Shown here piece by piece: positions 27,396 to 37,989 of a stretch of 64,000 nt of DNA. The stretch is from Candidatus Levyibacteriota bacterium (lineage in GTDB: Bacteria; Patescibacteriota; Microgenomatia; Levybacterales; UBA12049): positions 103,517-167,516 of the forward strand of contig JACQHJ010000003.1 in the NCBI GenBank assembly GCA_016199085.1. Reading direction: 5' to 3'. The notes under the pieces were generated by a model. That model was not told where the DNA came from. It did not search any database and worked only from the letters and a program-made list of their open reading frames with translations. The translations under genes were made by a program, and so were the position numbers. The stretch's first letter is position 1. Each line of letters opens with the position of its first letter.

Positions 27396-30077
27396 TTAAT
27401 TCGGCCAGTGGCACTTTTTATATTTTTTTCCGCTTCCACACCAACACGGATCATTTCTTCCAAGTTTTTTCTTTGCAAGTTTTTTCTGGTCATCGGAAAC
27501 CTCTTTATTTATATTTTCTCCTGCAGGTTTCTCACTAACGCCTGGTTTATTAAGTGGATTTTCTACTGGAGGATTATTATGAACATGAATCTTATAAATT
27601 CTATGAACCATTTCGTCGTCAACAGCGTTTATTAATTGTTCAAACATTGTATACGCTTCATTTTTGTACTCAACTAAAGGATCTTTCTGGCCGTATCCAC
27701 GAAGACCGATTCCCTGTCTTAAATTATCTATTGCATCCAAATGATCAACCCAAAGATTGTCAATTACGGAAAGTGAAACAAATTTTTCAAGCTGCCTCAT
27801 CAAATCCTCACCCATTTCTTGTTCCCGTTTTTGATAAAGATCGTTTGCAATATTGGTTAAGAAAGAAATTTTGTCTTCAATACCCCGTAGTTGTTCAAGC
27901 TGGATTGCAATTTGTTTTAATGACTCTTCATCAAAAGGAATAATTGTCCCAAACTGCTCAGCAATCTTATCAGACGGAGATTTTCCTTCCTCAAAACTTT
28001 CTGAATACATTGTAACCAAGGCCGAAATACTGGCGTGTATTTTTTCAATTAAATCTTGCCTTAAATCTTTTGACTTTTCGTCAGTTTCCAAGACCGCTCT
28101 TCTTCTTTGATAAATAATTTCCCTTTGCTTATTTAAGACGTCGTCATAATCGACCAAGTGTTTTCTGATATCAAAATTATATCCCTCAACCTTAACTTGA
28201 GCCTGCTCTATTGCTCTTGAAACAAGCGGATGCGATAGGGGTACGGCTTCAGGCATATTAAATTTCGTCATTAACCCCGAGATCGTGTCACCGCCAAAAA
28301 GCCTCATGATTTCATCATCCAAGCCTACAAAAAACTGTGAAAGTCCTGGATCACCTTGTCTTCCGGATCTTCCTCTTAGCTGGTTATCAATTCTTCTTGA
28401 TTCGTGTCTTTCAGTTCCGATTACATATAGTCCACCCAAATCTACAACCTCTTTGTGTTTTTGCTCCCAGTCTTTCCATTTACTAGATGTTTTATCATCA
28501 GTTCCATCAGATTTTTTAGGGGGCTGACCTCCAAGGATAATATCAACACCGCGTCCTGCCATATTGGTTGCAACAGTAACCGCACCTTTTTCTCCAGCTT
28601 TTGCAATGATTTCTGCTTCTCTTTCATGGTTTTTGGCATTTAAGACTTCGTGTTTAATACCTTTTCTTTTTAAGAGCTGGCTTACTATCTCATTTTTATC
28701 AATTGAGGTTGTGCCAACCAAAACAGGCTGTCCTCTTTTATTGGCTTTTTCAATCTCAGCTGCAACCGCGGTATATTTGGCATTTTTTGTTTTATAGATA
28801 GCATCTGACATGTCATTTCGTACCATGTCTCTGTGAGTCGGGATGACAACTACATCCAGCTTATATATCTTATTGAACTCTTCCGCTTCTGTGACTGCCG
28901 TTCCAGTCATACCGGCAAGACGCTCATACATCCTAAAATAGTTTTGCAAAGAAACGGTAGCAAGAGTTTTGGATTCTCTCTGTATGGCAACGCCTTCTTT
29001 GGCTTCAATTGCCTGATGGAGTCCTTCAGAAAGCCTTCTTCCAATCATAAGCCTTCCCGTAAACTCGTCAACCAAGATTACTTCTCCTTCTTTGACAATA
29101 TAATCTTTTTCTTTGTGGAAAAGCGTCCTTGCCTTTAGCGCTGCTTCCAAATGATAAACAGTATCAAAATCCCTTTCGTATATATTGGCAATTCCGTAGA
29201 GTTTTTCTATCTTTCCGATTCCATGATCTGTTAAATGGGCTGTTCGCAGTTTCTCATCAATCTTATAATCAGTTTCGGAACTTAACTTATCAACGAGCCT
29301 TGCGTATTCATAATACTTCTGGGTTGGTTCTTCATCGGGAGCTGAAATTATATGCGGAGTCCTTGCCTCATCAATTAATACTGAGTCAACCTCATCGACA
29401 ATTGCAAAGTAAAAACCCCGCTGCACCAAAGAAGCCTTGTCTTGTGCCATATTATCTCTTAGATAATCAAAGCCAAACTCGGAGTTTATGCCATAGACAA
29501 TATCTGCCTCGTATGCTGTCTTTCTGTCAATTTCTTTTAGGTGCAAAAGTCTGACGTCCGTTGCTTCTTTGTTGACAAACTTTGGGTCAAAAAGAAAAGA
29601 CTGTTCGCTAATAAGAGAAGAAACAGTCATTCCCAGGAAATCAAAGATCGGACCCATCCAACCCGCATCTCTTCTTGCTAGATAATCGTTGACCGTAACC
29701 AAGTGGACATTTTTGCCTGTCAATGCATGAAGAAAAAGGGCGGGAGTTGCAGACAATGTTTTTCCTTCCCCTGTTTTTTGCTCTGCAATCTTTCCGCTAG
29801 CCAAAACAGCTGCAGCTATAAGCTGGACGTCAAAATGCCGTAGTCCCACAGTTCTTACGGCTGCTTCCCGAACAAGCGCAAAAGCTTCCGGCATGATTTG
29901 CTCAAGGGGCTCACCGTCCTCAACTCTTTCTCTAAATTCTGCTGTTTTTTTGGGAAAGTCCGTAGCTTTTAATTTTTTATACTTTTCCTCTAAACTATTT
30001 ATTCTTTCAATAGCTGCCTGTAGTTTATTAATCTCTTTTTCGTTTGAGTCAAAAAGCTTACCAAAGATATTTAGCAT
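27396..30077 (-). CDS. secA: Preprotein translocase ATPase SecA with a C-terminal zinc-binding motif
   Basis: SecA motifs throughout, and a C-terminal CWCGSGKKYKKCH. The start is set at the ATG (MLNIFGKLF); the ORF-track start is a TTG 30 nt upstream. Confidence 0.9.
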   Translation of the reverse strand: MLNIFGKLFDSNEKEINKLQAAIERINSLEEKYKKLKATDFPKKTAEFRERVEDGEPLEQIMPEAFALVREAAVRTVGLRHFDVQLIAAAVLASGKIAEQKTGEGKTLSATPALFLHALTGKNVHLVTVNDYLARRDAGWMGPIFDFLGMTVSSLISEQSFLFDPKFVNKEATDVRLLHLKEIDRKTAYEADIVYGINSEFGFDYLRDNMAQDKASLVQRGFYFAIVDEVDSVLIDEARTPHIISAPDEEPTQKYYEYARLVDKLSSETDYKIDEKLRTAHLTDHGIGKIEKLYGIANIYERDFDTVYHLEAALKARTLFHKEKDYIVKEGEVILVDEFTGRLMIGRRLSEGLHQAIEAKEGVAIQRESKTLATVSLQNYFRMYERLAGMTGTAVTEAEEFNKIYKLDVVVIPTHRDMVRNDMSDAIYKTKNAKYTAVAAEIEKANKRGQPVLVGTTSIDKNEIVSQLLKRKGIKHEVLNAKNHEREAEIIAKAGEKGAVTVATNMAGRGVDIILGGQPPKKSDGTDDKTSSKWKDWEQKHKEVVDLGGLYVIGTERHESRRIDNQLRGRSGRQGDPGLSQFFVGLDDEIMRLFGGDTISGLMTKFNMPEAVPLSHPLVSRAIEQAQVKVEGYNFDIRKHLVDYDDVLNKQREIIYQRRRAVLETDEKSKDLRQDLIEKIHASISALVTMYSESFEEGKSPSDKIAEQFGTIIPFDEESLKQIAIQLEQLRGIEDKISFLTNIANDLYQKREQEMGEDLMRQLEKFVSLSVIDNLWVDHLDAIDNLRQGIGLRGYGQKDPLVEYKNEAYTMFEQLINAVDDEMVHRIYKIHVHNNPPVENPLNKPGVSEKPAGENINKEVSDDQKKLAKKKLGRNDPCWCGSGKKYKKCHWPN

Positions 30078-30105
30078 ACAACCTATCTTAGCATAAATCA
30101 GCCTC

Positions 30106-30136
30106 AAAAAAAATCCCTCACCGTAAAGATGAGGGA
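30106..30136 (-). terminator. Rho-independent terminator after serS (tccctca-loop-tgaggga + U8 on the minus strand)
   Basis: 7-bp GC-rich stem and a U8 tract read from sequence, 29 nt upstream of the secA ATG. Confidence 0.6.
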
Positions 30137-30378
30137 TACCAATTGATCAACTGGTAATAATTGGTAATGCTCCAAATTGCTTACCAACTATTTCTTCTTC
30201 TTTCTTTTCTTTGCCATTGTTAATTCACCTCCCTTTCGGTTTATAAATTATTTTTACTATTAACCAGTAATTAAGTTTATATTGTAATATTTTTTCTTTA
30301 ATGTCAAGAAATTTTCTTTGCTTCAAAATACGCGGTTTTAATTGATTTAGCAATTAAAATTAGTGAGGCTAATTTTTA

Positions 30379-31602
30379 CTATTTTATTACACTTTTACCC
30401 AAAATTTCTTGTAAAACTTCGGGGACTTTTATTGACCCATCAGCTTGTTGGAAGTTTTCTAAAATTGCAATGATTGGTCTTGTAGAAAAAGCAGTACCGT
30501 TTAGGATGCTTACAAACTTTCTTTCGTTATCTTCTTGGTATCTAATATTTAGCCTTCTTGCTTGGAAATCAGTTGTTGTAGAAGTTGATGTAACTTCCCT
30601 GTATTTTCCCTCAGATGGAACCCATGCCTCCAGGTCATACTTTCTGGCAGCAGGATATCCCAAATCTCCGCTACACATTTTTACGACTTGGTATGGGATA
30701 CCTAATGCCTGAAGTAACTTTTCTTCTATTGATAAAAGATATTCGTGTTCCTTATCATCTTCTCCCTCTTTTGTATAAGAAACCATCTCAACTTTGTCAA
30801 ACTGATGAACTCTTAAAATTCCCCTTGTATCTTTTCCATAGCTTCCGGCTTCTCTTCTAAAACACGTTGAAAAACCAACGTATCTTTTGGGTAAATCTTT
30901 TGCATTTAAGACTTCGTCTTTGTGCATTGCAACAATTGATTGTTCGCTTGTTCCGACCAAAACCAAATCGTCTTTATCAAAAATGTACATATCTTCATCT
31001 CCACCGTTTTCCATGTAACCCAGTCCTTTCATAATCTCTGTCTTGATTAAAACCGGTGGTATAAGAGGAATAAACCCTTCTTTAAGTAAAATGTCAAAAG
31101 CAAGCTGTCTTAGCGCAAATTCCAAAAGTGCTCCGTCATTTTTCAGAAAATAAAATCTGGCGCCTGATATTTTGGAAGCTCTGACTACGTCAATAATATC
31201 CAGACTTTCTCCTAAGGTAAGATGATCTTTTGGAGTAAAATCAAATTTAGTAGGCTCTCCTACTTTTCTTAAGACTTCATTATCTTCCTCGTTTTTACCA
31301 ACCTTAACATCGTCTTTTGCCGGATTTGGGACTTTTAAAAGATAAATATTTAGTTCTTCCCTGACTGCGTTTAAGGCATGCTCATGTTTTTCCAGTTTTA
31401 TCTTAATGTCTTTGCCTTTTTCAATGTTTTTTTCTTTTGCAACTTTGTTTCTTTCCTCTCGAAGTGACTGAACCATGGTATCCAAGCCTCTAAGTTTATT
31501 ATCAAGCTCCAGGATATGTTCAACATTAATCTCTATACCCTTATCATTGGCTTTCTTTTGAATCTTTTCAGGGTTTTCTCTAATTTGTTTTATATCAAGC
31601 AT
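30379..31602 (-). CDS. serS: Seryl-tRNA synthetase
   Basis: N-terminal coiled-coil arm and a class II core (FRREAGS motif 2-like, GTAFSTRP). Confidence 0.9.
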   Translation of the reverse strand: MLDIKQIRENPEKIQKKANDKGIEINVEHILELDNKLRGLDTMVQSLREERNKVAKEKNIEKGKDIKIKLEKHEHALNAVREELNIYLLKVPNPAKDDVKVGKNEEDNEVLRKVGEPTKFDFTPKDHLTLGESLDIIDVVRASKISGARFYFLKNDGALLEFALRQLAFDILLKEGFIPLIPPVLIKTEIMKGLGYMENGGDEDMYIFDKDDLVLVGTSEQSIVAMHKDEVLNAKDLPKRYVGFSTCFRREAGSYGKDTRGILRVHQFDKVEMVSYTKEGEDDKEHEYLLSIEEKLLQALGIPYQVVKMCSGDLGYPAARKYDLEAWVPSEGKYREVTSTSTTTDFQARRLNIRYQEDNERKFVSILNGTAFSTRPIIAILENFQQADGSIKVPEVLQEILGKSVIK

Positions 31603-32200
31603 ATTTTTTAATAAATCGTTTTAGTTTCTGACTGGCAATGTATCTATGATTATATAACCTTTGCTCAGCTTTTGAAAGTTGGTTCTCATAAAAAAACTTT
31701 TTGATTTTGACAAGATAGAAAAATGACCTGAAAGGATACCCTTTCATAAAACTTTCCTTTGGTGTTTTAGAGATTATTCCGTTGACTTTACCCTTAACAC
31801 TAAAGACCTTTCCGCTTGGAAGCGCAAGCGAGACCACTGTCACAAATCTTGCTTTCCTATTATTATCGGGTAATGTTTTAGAAAGTTTATGCATATGGTT
31901 TATTAATTCTTCATCAGTTGAGTGGTGTCCGAGCCATCTTCTTGTTCTTACCCCGGGTGCATTTCCTAAAGCGCTGATTTCAATTCCACCGTCATCGGCA
32001 ATTGTTGGAAGATTTGCAATTTTTGCAAAAAATAAAGCTTTTTTCTGTGAGTTCTCTATATAAGTTTTCCCGTCTTCCTCGATATCTTTATCAATTCCCA
32101 AGTCTTTGAGTGAAACAAATTTAAAGGAAAGATCTTTTAGAAAATCTTTAAATTCATTGACCTTAGCAGGGTTTTTGGTTGCGATAAGAAGCTTTTTCAT
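31595..32200 (-). CDS. rdgB: Non-canonical purine NTP pyrophosphatase (RdgB/Ham1 family)
   Basis: LIATKNPAKVNEF, IADDGGIEISALGNAPGV, KGYPFRSFF and NHRYIA correspond to the RdgB motifs. Confidence 0.8.
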   Translation of the reverse strand: MKKLLIATKNPAKVNEFKDFLKDLSFKFVSLKDLGIDKDIEEDGKTYIENSQKKALFFAKIANLPTIADDGGIEISALGNAPGVRTRRWLGHHSTDEELINHMHKLSKTLPDNNRKARFVTVVSLALPSGKVFSVKGKVNGIISKTPKESFMKGYPFRSFFYLVKIKKFFYENQLSKAEQRLYNHRYIASQKLKRFIKKYA

Positions 32201-32426
32201 TTCAAAATTATATCATTTTTATTTTTGGAAAATTATGCTAATATATGTGCGCTTATGCAGGAAAGAAAGACCCACTCAGTAAATTCCCCTGGTGTAACAT
32301 CGGGGCAGGCAGCTACCCTTGACGCCTGGTTTGATACTATAGGCAAAAGTAATCTTATAATGACTCGGCTTTGCCAAAGAAGAGCGCAGCAAAGAAGGTT
32401 TGGACTAGTAAGAAGAGATTCTAGGA

Positions 32427-33953
32427 CTAGACGTCGCTAAATCTTTTTTTGACAAATTCTTTATCCAAGGAAAGTATTAACCAGGCCGCTTTTGGACCAT
32501 AATCTTTTCCAAGTAAAGATAAATAGATTGCCGCAAAAGTTTCTTTGCCGTTTAATCCCAAACTTTTCCCAATATCATAAATTTTTATTTGAAAATCCTC
32601 GGGACTCCGTTTATTATCGATCTCATTTGCAATTTGACGCAGAGCTTTTCTTTGATTATCCGATAGCTCTTTTGCTTTTTGAGGTATGTTTTTTTGTACA
32701 GTGAATTTTTCGTTTTCTGGTGCATATTTTTCTATCCAGTTTCTGGCATAAGTTGCCCAATCTTCCAAATTATTTTTTTTAATTTCAGGCTCCATATTTG
32801 GCATCTGGACCCACTGGGCCAAAACGGAAAATCTAACTGAGGGCGGATGTTTAATTTGATCACCAATTTGGGAAAGTTCAAAAATTCGGGCTATGTCGCT
32901 TCCATCTTTTTTAAAGTATGCATCAGCGGCTTTTTGATAGTCGTCAAACAGATTGGCAATTGTGTTTGGCTCCGAAGGATCAAAGTTAATTTGCGTATTT
33001 ACTTTAATTCTAACTATCAGAAACCTAATTAGCTCGGGGGGCAATATCTCAAGCATGTCTGACGCAGCAATTCCCACCCCTCTTGAAGAAGACATTTTCC
33101 TTCCACCTATCAATATCCACTCATAGGGAATTGGGAAAGGAACTGGATAATTAAGAACTCTTTTTGCTACTTCACTTGCCAGGTCATGCGAGCCGCCTTT
33201 TGACATATGGTCTTTTCCGGCTCCTTCAATAGTTACTCCAATCGCTTTCCATTTTACCGGCCACTCAACTTTCCATGGCATTTTTCCGACAATCTTGCCA
33301 TCACCGCTAAAAGGCGAGGCTTTACCTTTTTCACCGCAACCTTTTGTCCATTTAACTTTATCGACAACACATTCAAAGGTTACAAGCTTTCCATCCCAGT
33401 CTATAACCTGGGTTGTTGAAACTTTGCCGCAATTTGGACAATATAGTTGGAATGGATACCAATCATCCGGCAGTTTTTTGTCATACATTTCCTCATATAT
33501 TTTCCTGACTTTACTGGCATTATCCAAAACATCTTTAATCATCGGATTCATAAGTCCATTTGTGTATAAATCTTTGGTCCAGATAATTTCCGGTGTACTT
33601 CCGATTGCGTTAAATACTTTTTGGAAATCAGCGGCATAATACCTTGCATAATTTTCATATCCCTCAACAGGAGATGGGATTTTAAAAAGAGGCATACCCA
33701 AAAAAGGCTCAAATTTCTCTCTGTCTAAATATGAAGGGACATCATCCATTGGATCGTGATCTTCAAACACATAGGTATATTTTGCTTTTTCCCCTCTACT
33801 AAGAAGGGCTTTATAGATAAGATCATGAATTACTACTCCTCTTAAAGCACCAACATGAACCCTGCCTGAGGGAGTTTTCATGTCATCCACCCAGTATGGC
33901 TTATATTTTCCTGATTTAACAATTTGTTCTACTATTTGATCAACCCAAAACAT
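32427..33953 (-). CDS. lysS: Class I (archaeal-type) lysyl-tRNA synthetase
   Basis: HIGH-like GRVHVGALRG and KMSKS-like GRKMSSSRG. 508 aa with no class II motifs. Confidence 0.85.
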   Translation of the reverse strand: MFWVDQIVEQIVKSGKYKPYWVDDMKTPSGRVHVGALRGVVIHDLIYKALLSRGEKAKYTYVFEDHDPMDDVPSYLDREKFEPFLGMPLFKIPSPVEGYENYARYYAADFQKVFNAIGSTPEIIWTKDLYTNGLMNPMIKDVLDNASKVRKIYEEMYDKKLPDDWYPFQLYCPNCGKVSTTQVIDWDGKLVTFECVVDKVKWTKGCGEKGKASPFSGDGKIVGKMPWKVEWPVKWKAIGVTIEGAGKDHMSKGGSHDLASEVAKRVLNYPVPFPIPYEWILIGGRKMSSSRGVGIAASDMLEILPPELIRFLIVRIKVNTQINFDPSEPNTIANLFDDYQKAADAYFKKDGSDIARIFELSQIGDQIKHPPSVRFSVLAQWVQMPNMEPEIKKNNLEDWATYARNWIEKYAPENEKFTVQKNIPQKAKELSDNQRKALRQIANEIDNKRSPEDFQIKIYDIGKSLGLNGKETFAAIYLSLLGKDYGPKAAWLILSLDKEFVKKRFSDV

Positions 33954-33990
33954 ATGACTATTATATTGCTTTTTAACCCAAACAAAAAGC

Positions 33991-35037
33991 CTAAATAAGC
34001 TTTTTAGCCTTTAGAAGCTCCGCGTTTAGTATAGCTGCTCCTGCTGCGCCACGTATAGTATTGTGGACCAAGAGAGTAAATTTAATATCAAAGATAGCCG
34101 ATTGCCTAATTCTCCCAACGCTTACAGACATACCGTTATTTATATCTCTGTCTAGAACCGGCTGAGGCCTGTCCTCTTCCGTTCTGACAATAATAGGATC
34201 AGCCGGAGCAGAGGGAAGATTAAGTTTTTGCGGAAGACCTTTGAAGCTTTTGAATGCTTTCACAACGTCTTCAATTGCCGGTTTTTTAATAAGCTCAACT
34301 GTTACCGATTCCAGATGTCCGTCTCTGACTGCGACCCTGTTGCAGTGAGCACTGATTATCATTTTTGCATTGTTTATTTTTCCGCTTCCAACGCTTCCTA
34401 AAAGCTTAAGCGGTTCTGTTTCTACTTTTTCTTCTTCATCTCCAATATATGGAACAACATTATCAACTGCATCAAGGGAGGCAACTCCCGGATATCCTGC
34501 GCCTGATAATGCCTGCATAGAAACAACAGAAACTCTACTTATCCCAAATGCGTCCTGCAAGGGCTTTAAGGCAAGGGTTAAGCCGATAGTCGTACAATTT
34601 GGGTTTGTGACAATAAAACCTTTGCCTTTAAATCTAGTTTTTTGGATATTTATTAAATCCAGATGCTCTGGATTTACTTCTGGGATTAAAAGTGGAACAT
34701 CGCTGTCCATTCTATGGTTTTTGGAATTACTGATAACTATGTATCCTTTTTTGGCAAATTCTTCCTCGATTGGGCCTGCCACTGATGAATCAAGAGCCGA
34801 AAACACAACCCGAGCATTAAAATCAGGAACACATAGCCTAACTTTTAATTTAGCAATGTCTTTTGGAATCCTTGGGGAGACTTTCCAGTTGACAATCTCC
34901 TCGTATCTTTTGCCAAGGCTTTTCTCTGAAGCACAAACAAACTTTACCTCAAACCACGGATGACCTTCCAGAAGTTGTACAAACCTCTGGCCGACGTTTC
35001 CGGTTGCTCCCAAAATTCCTACAGGTATTTTTCTCAT
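33991..35037 (-). CDS. asd: Aspartate-semialdehyde dehydrogenase
   Basis: GILGATGNVGQRF and the active-site Cys in SAHCNRV. Confidence 0.9.
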   Translation of the reverse strand: MRKIPVGILGATGNVGQRFVQLLEGHPWFEVKFVCASEKSLGKRYEEIVNWKVSPRIPKDIAKLKVRLCVPDFNARVVFSALDSSVAGPIEEEFAKKGYIVISNSKNHRMDSDVPLLIPEVNPEHLDLINIQKTRFKGKGFIVTNPNCTTIGLTLALKPLQDAFGISRVSVVSMQALSGAGYPGVASLDAVDNVVPYIGDEEEKVETEPLKLLGSVGSGKINNAKMIISAHCNRVAVRDGHLESVTVELIKKPAIEDVVKAFKSFKGLPQKLNLPSAPADPIIVRTEEDRPQPVLDRDINNGMSVSVGRIRQSAIFDIKFTLLVHNTIRGAAGAAILNAELLKAKKLI

Positions 35038-35918
35038 ATTAATTCCATCCTTTTTAAAATATCTTTTAGAACTAATTTATTTTTCTCTTCCATAGGAACC
35101 AAAGGCAATCTGAAAACTTCCTCAATTTTTCCCATTAAAGACAGTGCTGTTTTGACAGGAAGTGGATTTGTCTCAATGAAATTTGCATTCATCAGTTCCA
35201 TTAATTTGTAATGAAGGACTTTTGCTTTTGCAAAATCTCCGTTTAATCCATATTGAATCAATTTTGCAAAATCTCTTGGAACCTCATTTGAAACAACGGA
35301 TATGCATCCGTGTCCACCGACACTAAGCAAGGGAAGCGTAAAAAGATCGTCTCCTGATAAAACACTAAAGTTGGATGGTGCTTTTTTAACTATCTCCATC
35401 ATTTGTCCCAAATTTCCTGAAGCTTCTTTTACTCCAATAATGTGATCAACTGCATTTGCAATTTTTAATGTCATATCCGAAGTTAAGTTAAGACCAGTAC
35501 GACCCGGGACATTATATACAACAATTGGCAAATCAACTGCTTTTGCGATTGCTTTATAGTGAGCGATAAGTCCGTTGATTGTTGGTTTATTGTAATAAGG
35601 CGTTACGTGTAAAAGCGCATTTGCTCCCGCCTGTTTTGCCAAAAGAGAAAAATGAACCGCTTTTAACGTATCGTTACTTCCTGCACCTGCGATTACCGGC
35701 ACTCTGCCCCTTACCTCTTCAACCACGGTTTTGACAACCAATTGGTATTCTTCGCTGTTCATAGTTGCCGCTTCACCTGTTGATCCACAAGGAACCAGAC
35801 CGTTAATACCTTCGCTCAACTGGAATTTAACCAATTTTCTAAGTGCTTCAACATCAATTGACCCATCCCTTTTAAAAGGAGTTGCCAAAGCTGTTATGGC
35901 ACCGGTTAGTTTTTTCAT
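35034..35918 (-). CDS. dapA: 4-hydroxy-tetrahydrodipicolinate synthase
   Basis: ALATPF...GLVPCGSTGEAATM and Schiff-base lysine in IGVKEASG. Confidence 0.9.
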   Translation of the reverse strand: MKKLTGAITALATPFKRDGSIDVEALRKLVKFQLSEGINGLVPCGSTGEAATMNSEEYQLVVKTVVEEVRGRVPVIAGAGSNDTLKAVHFSLLAKQAGANALLHVTPYYNKPTINGLIAHYKAIAKAVDLPIVVYNVPGRTGLNLTSDMTLKIANAVDHIIGVKEASGNLGQMMEIVKKAPSNFSVLSGDDLFTLPLLSVGGHGCISVVSNEVPRDFAKLIQYGLNGDFAKAKVLHYKLMELMNANFIETNPLPVKTALSLMGKIEEVFRLPLVPMEEKNKLVLKDILKRMELI

Positions 35919-36658
35919 TTGTTACTCACCCCCAAAGTTTTAATAAAAATATCATTAAAGTTATAAAAACCTTTTTTTGACAAAATAAAGTTTGCTGCCA
36001 AAAGTGCTCCTTTTGCAAAACCTTTCCTGTTCCAAGCCTGATGAGTCAGTCTTATCTCATCGGAGGGGCTGTCAAAAACAATTTCATGCTGTCCGAAATT
36101 TCTTCCGCCTCTGACTGATGCAAAGTGTAGCTCATTTTTCCCTATCAATCCCTGTACTCTTTCTATCTGCAGTTTTGTTTTAGAAGGAAAGTTTTTCATA
36201 ATTATTTCCGCAAGTTTTCTTGCTGTACCGCTTGGACTGTCTTTTTTTCCGCTGTGATGCGTTTCAATGCCAAAGACGTCATAATCATATTTTGTCAAAA
36301 GCAGACAAGCATGGGAAACTATCGAGAAAAAAATGTTTGCACCGACTGAGAAGTTCTGCCCATAAATTAAACTGCCGTTATGTTGTTGAACAATTTTTTG
36401 CACTTTTTTGACATTGTCGTACCAACCAGTTGTTCCAACGACCATCGGTTTTTTTAGTCGCATTACTTGTCTTATATTATCAACAACAATCTCAAAAGAA
36501 CTAAAATCAATTACAACATCAGCATTTCTTATTCCTTCCAGATCAAGTTTTTCATTTCTGCTTTTGAAACTTATGGAAACAACTAAGTGGCCGTTCTCTT
36601 TTACAAGAGACTCTATTTCCTGTCCCATATTTCCGTATCCTATTAAGGCAATTTTCAC
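35915..36658 (-). CDS. dapB: 4-hydroxy-tetrahydrodipicolinate reductase
   Basis: MKIALIGYGNMGQ and the DapB core. ATGA overlaps on both sides. Confidence 0.85.
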   Translation of the reverse strand: MKIALIGYGNMGQEIESLVKENGHLVVSISFKSRNEKLDLEGIRNADVVIDFSSFEIVVDNIRQVMRLKKPMVVGTTGWYDNVKKVQKIVQQHNGSLIYGQNFSVGANIFFSIVSHACLLLTKYDYDVFGIETHHSGKKDSPSGTARKLAEIIMKNFPSKTKLQIERVQGLIGKNELHFASVRGGRNFGQHEIVFDSPSDEIRLTHQAWNRKGFAKGALLAANFILSKKGFYNFNDIFIKTLGVSNK

Positions 36659-37989
36659 AGTGCTTCTCCTTTACCGATCAGTGCTTTATGCAATAAGCTA
36701 ACACTTTGATCAACGTGAATTGAAGGCAAAACCAAGCTGATGTTAATATCCGACGCTCCAAGGGATATCATTCTGACACTAATATCTGATCTATCGAGAA
36801 TTGAAAATATTTGTTTAAGAATATTTTTAACATCAACAATTTTTTCTCCAATTAAAGAAACCATACCCAGTTCTTTGGTTGTTGAAATTGTTGAAAATTC
36901 TTTTAGCTCTTTTATTGCCTGTTCTAAATTTTCATTGTTATCCAAGGAAGCTGAAATACTTACTTCCGAAACGCTGACAAGGTCGATTGAAATATTATAT
37001 TTTGAAAAAATTGAAAAAACTTTTGCCAAAAATCCTTTATTTAATAACATATCTGTTGAGTAAATTGTAACCAAGGTAATTTTTCTTTTGGAAGCAATTG
37101 CAACAATGTGGCTTTTATCTAAATTGGTATTTTTGATAACTGTGCCTTTTGCTTTTGGATTAAAAGTATTTAAAACCCTGACTGGAATTCCACTAGATAC
37201 AGCAGGACGAATAGTTCTTGGATGAAGAACTCTTGCTCCAAATGCAGCAAGCTCAGAAGCTTCTTTATATGAAACGACTTTTAAAACTTTTGCTTGTTTG
37301 ATAAGTTTTGGATCTGATGTGAAAATTCCATCTACGTCTGTCCAAATCTGGATTTCATCTGCGTGAAGACTAAATCCAAGTATGGCAGCTGTATAATCAG
37401 ATCCTCCTCTTCCAAGAGTCGTCGTTTTATTCTGTTTTGTACTACCAATAAAACCAGTAACGACTGGGATAATTCCTTTTTTAATAAGAGGTGTCAGTGT
37501 ATTTTTTGTTTTTTGCTCTGTTTCTCTTGGCAAAAACTCTGCAGAACCAAAATGATCATTGGTTACAATTAAGGAAGTTGCAATTATTTGTTTTGCATTG
37601 ACTTTTGCATCGTTTAACATATGAGTGATTATTTTTGAAGAAATTATCTCCCCATATGAGATAATTTCATCTAAAATTTGAGATGTATTTTTTTTACTAA
37701 GAAGTTCATCAACAGATTCCAAGGACTCTAAAAGGTAATCTTTTAAATCGTTTGGTACGCTTTCATAATAATCCCTTATTAAGTTTAAGTGCAGATTTTC
37801 TATCTGTTTAAAAATAGTATTTTTATTTGCATTTACTTTTGTTAAAGACAAAAGCAGATCTGTTATCCCTGATATTGCCGAAACAACAACAATGGGATTT
37901 TTAGACCTTTGTGTTCTTACAATCTCAACAATTGTTTTTAAACTTTTTTTTGTACTTACGGATGTTCCTCCGAATTTTAGAATAATCAT
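36655..37989 (-). CDS. lysC: Aspartate kinase with tandem C-terminal ACT domains
   Basis: IILKFGGTSV and the Asp kinase core plus ACT repeats. Confidence 0.9.
   Translation of the reverse strand: MIILKFGGTSVSTKKSLKTIVEIVRTQRSKNPIVVVSAISGITDLLLSLTKVNANKNTIFKQIENLHLNLIRDYYESVPNDLKDYLLESLESVDELLSKKNTSQILDEIISYGEIISSKIITHMLNDAKVNAKQIIATSLIVTNDHFGSAEFLPRETEQKTKNTLTPLIKKGIIPVVTGFIGSTKQNKTTTLGRGGSDYTAAILGFSLHADEIQIWTDVDGIFTSDPKLIKQAKVLKVVSYKEASELAAFGARVLHPRTIRPAVSSGIPVRVLNTFNPKAKGTVIKNTNLDKSHIVAIASKRKITLVTIYSTDMLLNKGFLAKVFSIFSKYNISIDLVSVSEVSISASLDNNENLEQAIKELKEFSTISTTKELGMVSLIGEKIVDVKNILKQIFSILDRSDISVRMISLGASDINISLVLPSIHVDQSVSLLHKALIGKGEAL

Noticed and set aside
32201-32426. Attempted to match the bacterial SRP RNA domain IV consensus (CAGGUCAGGUCCGGAAGGAAGCAGCC) and the T-box motif (AAUUAGGGUGGUACCGCG) in this GC-rich spacer
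   Set aside because: Only loose similarity on either strand. I could not support an ffs or T-box call without a covariance-model search.
32225-32440. 71-aa ORF in the lysS/rdgB intergenic region
   Set aside because: No RBS, a GC-rich palindromic sequence, and an Arg-run C-terminus. More likely non-coding (see finding). It overlaps the lysS 3' end.
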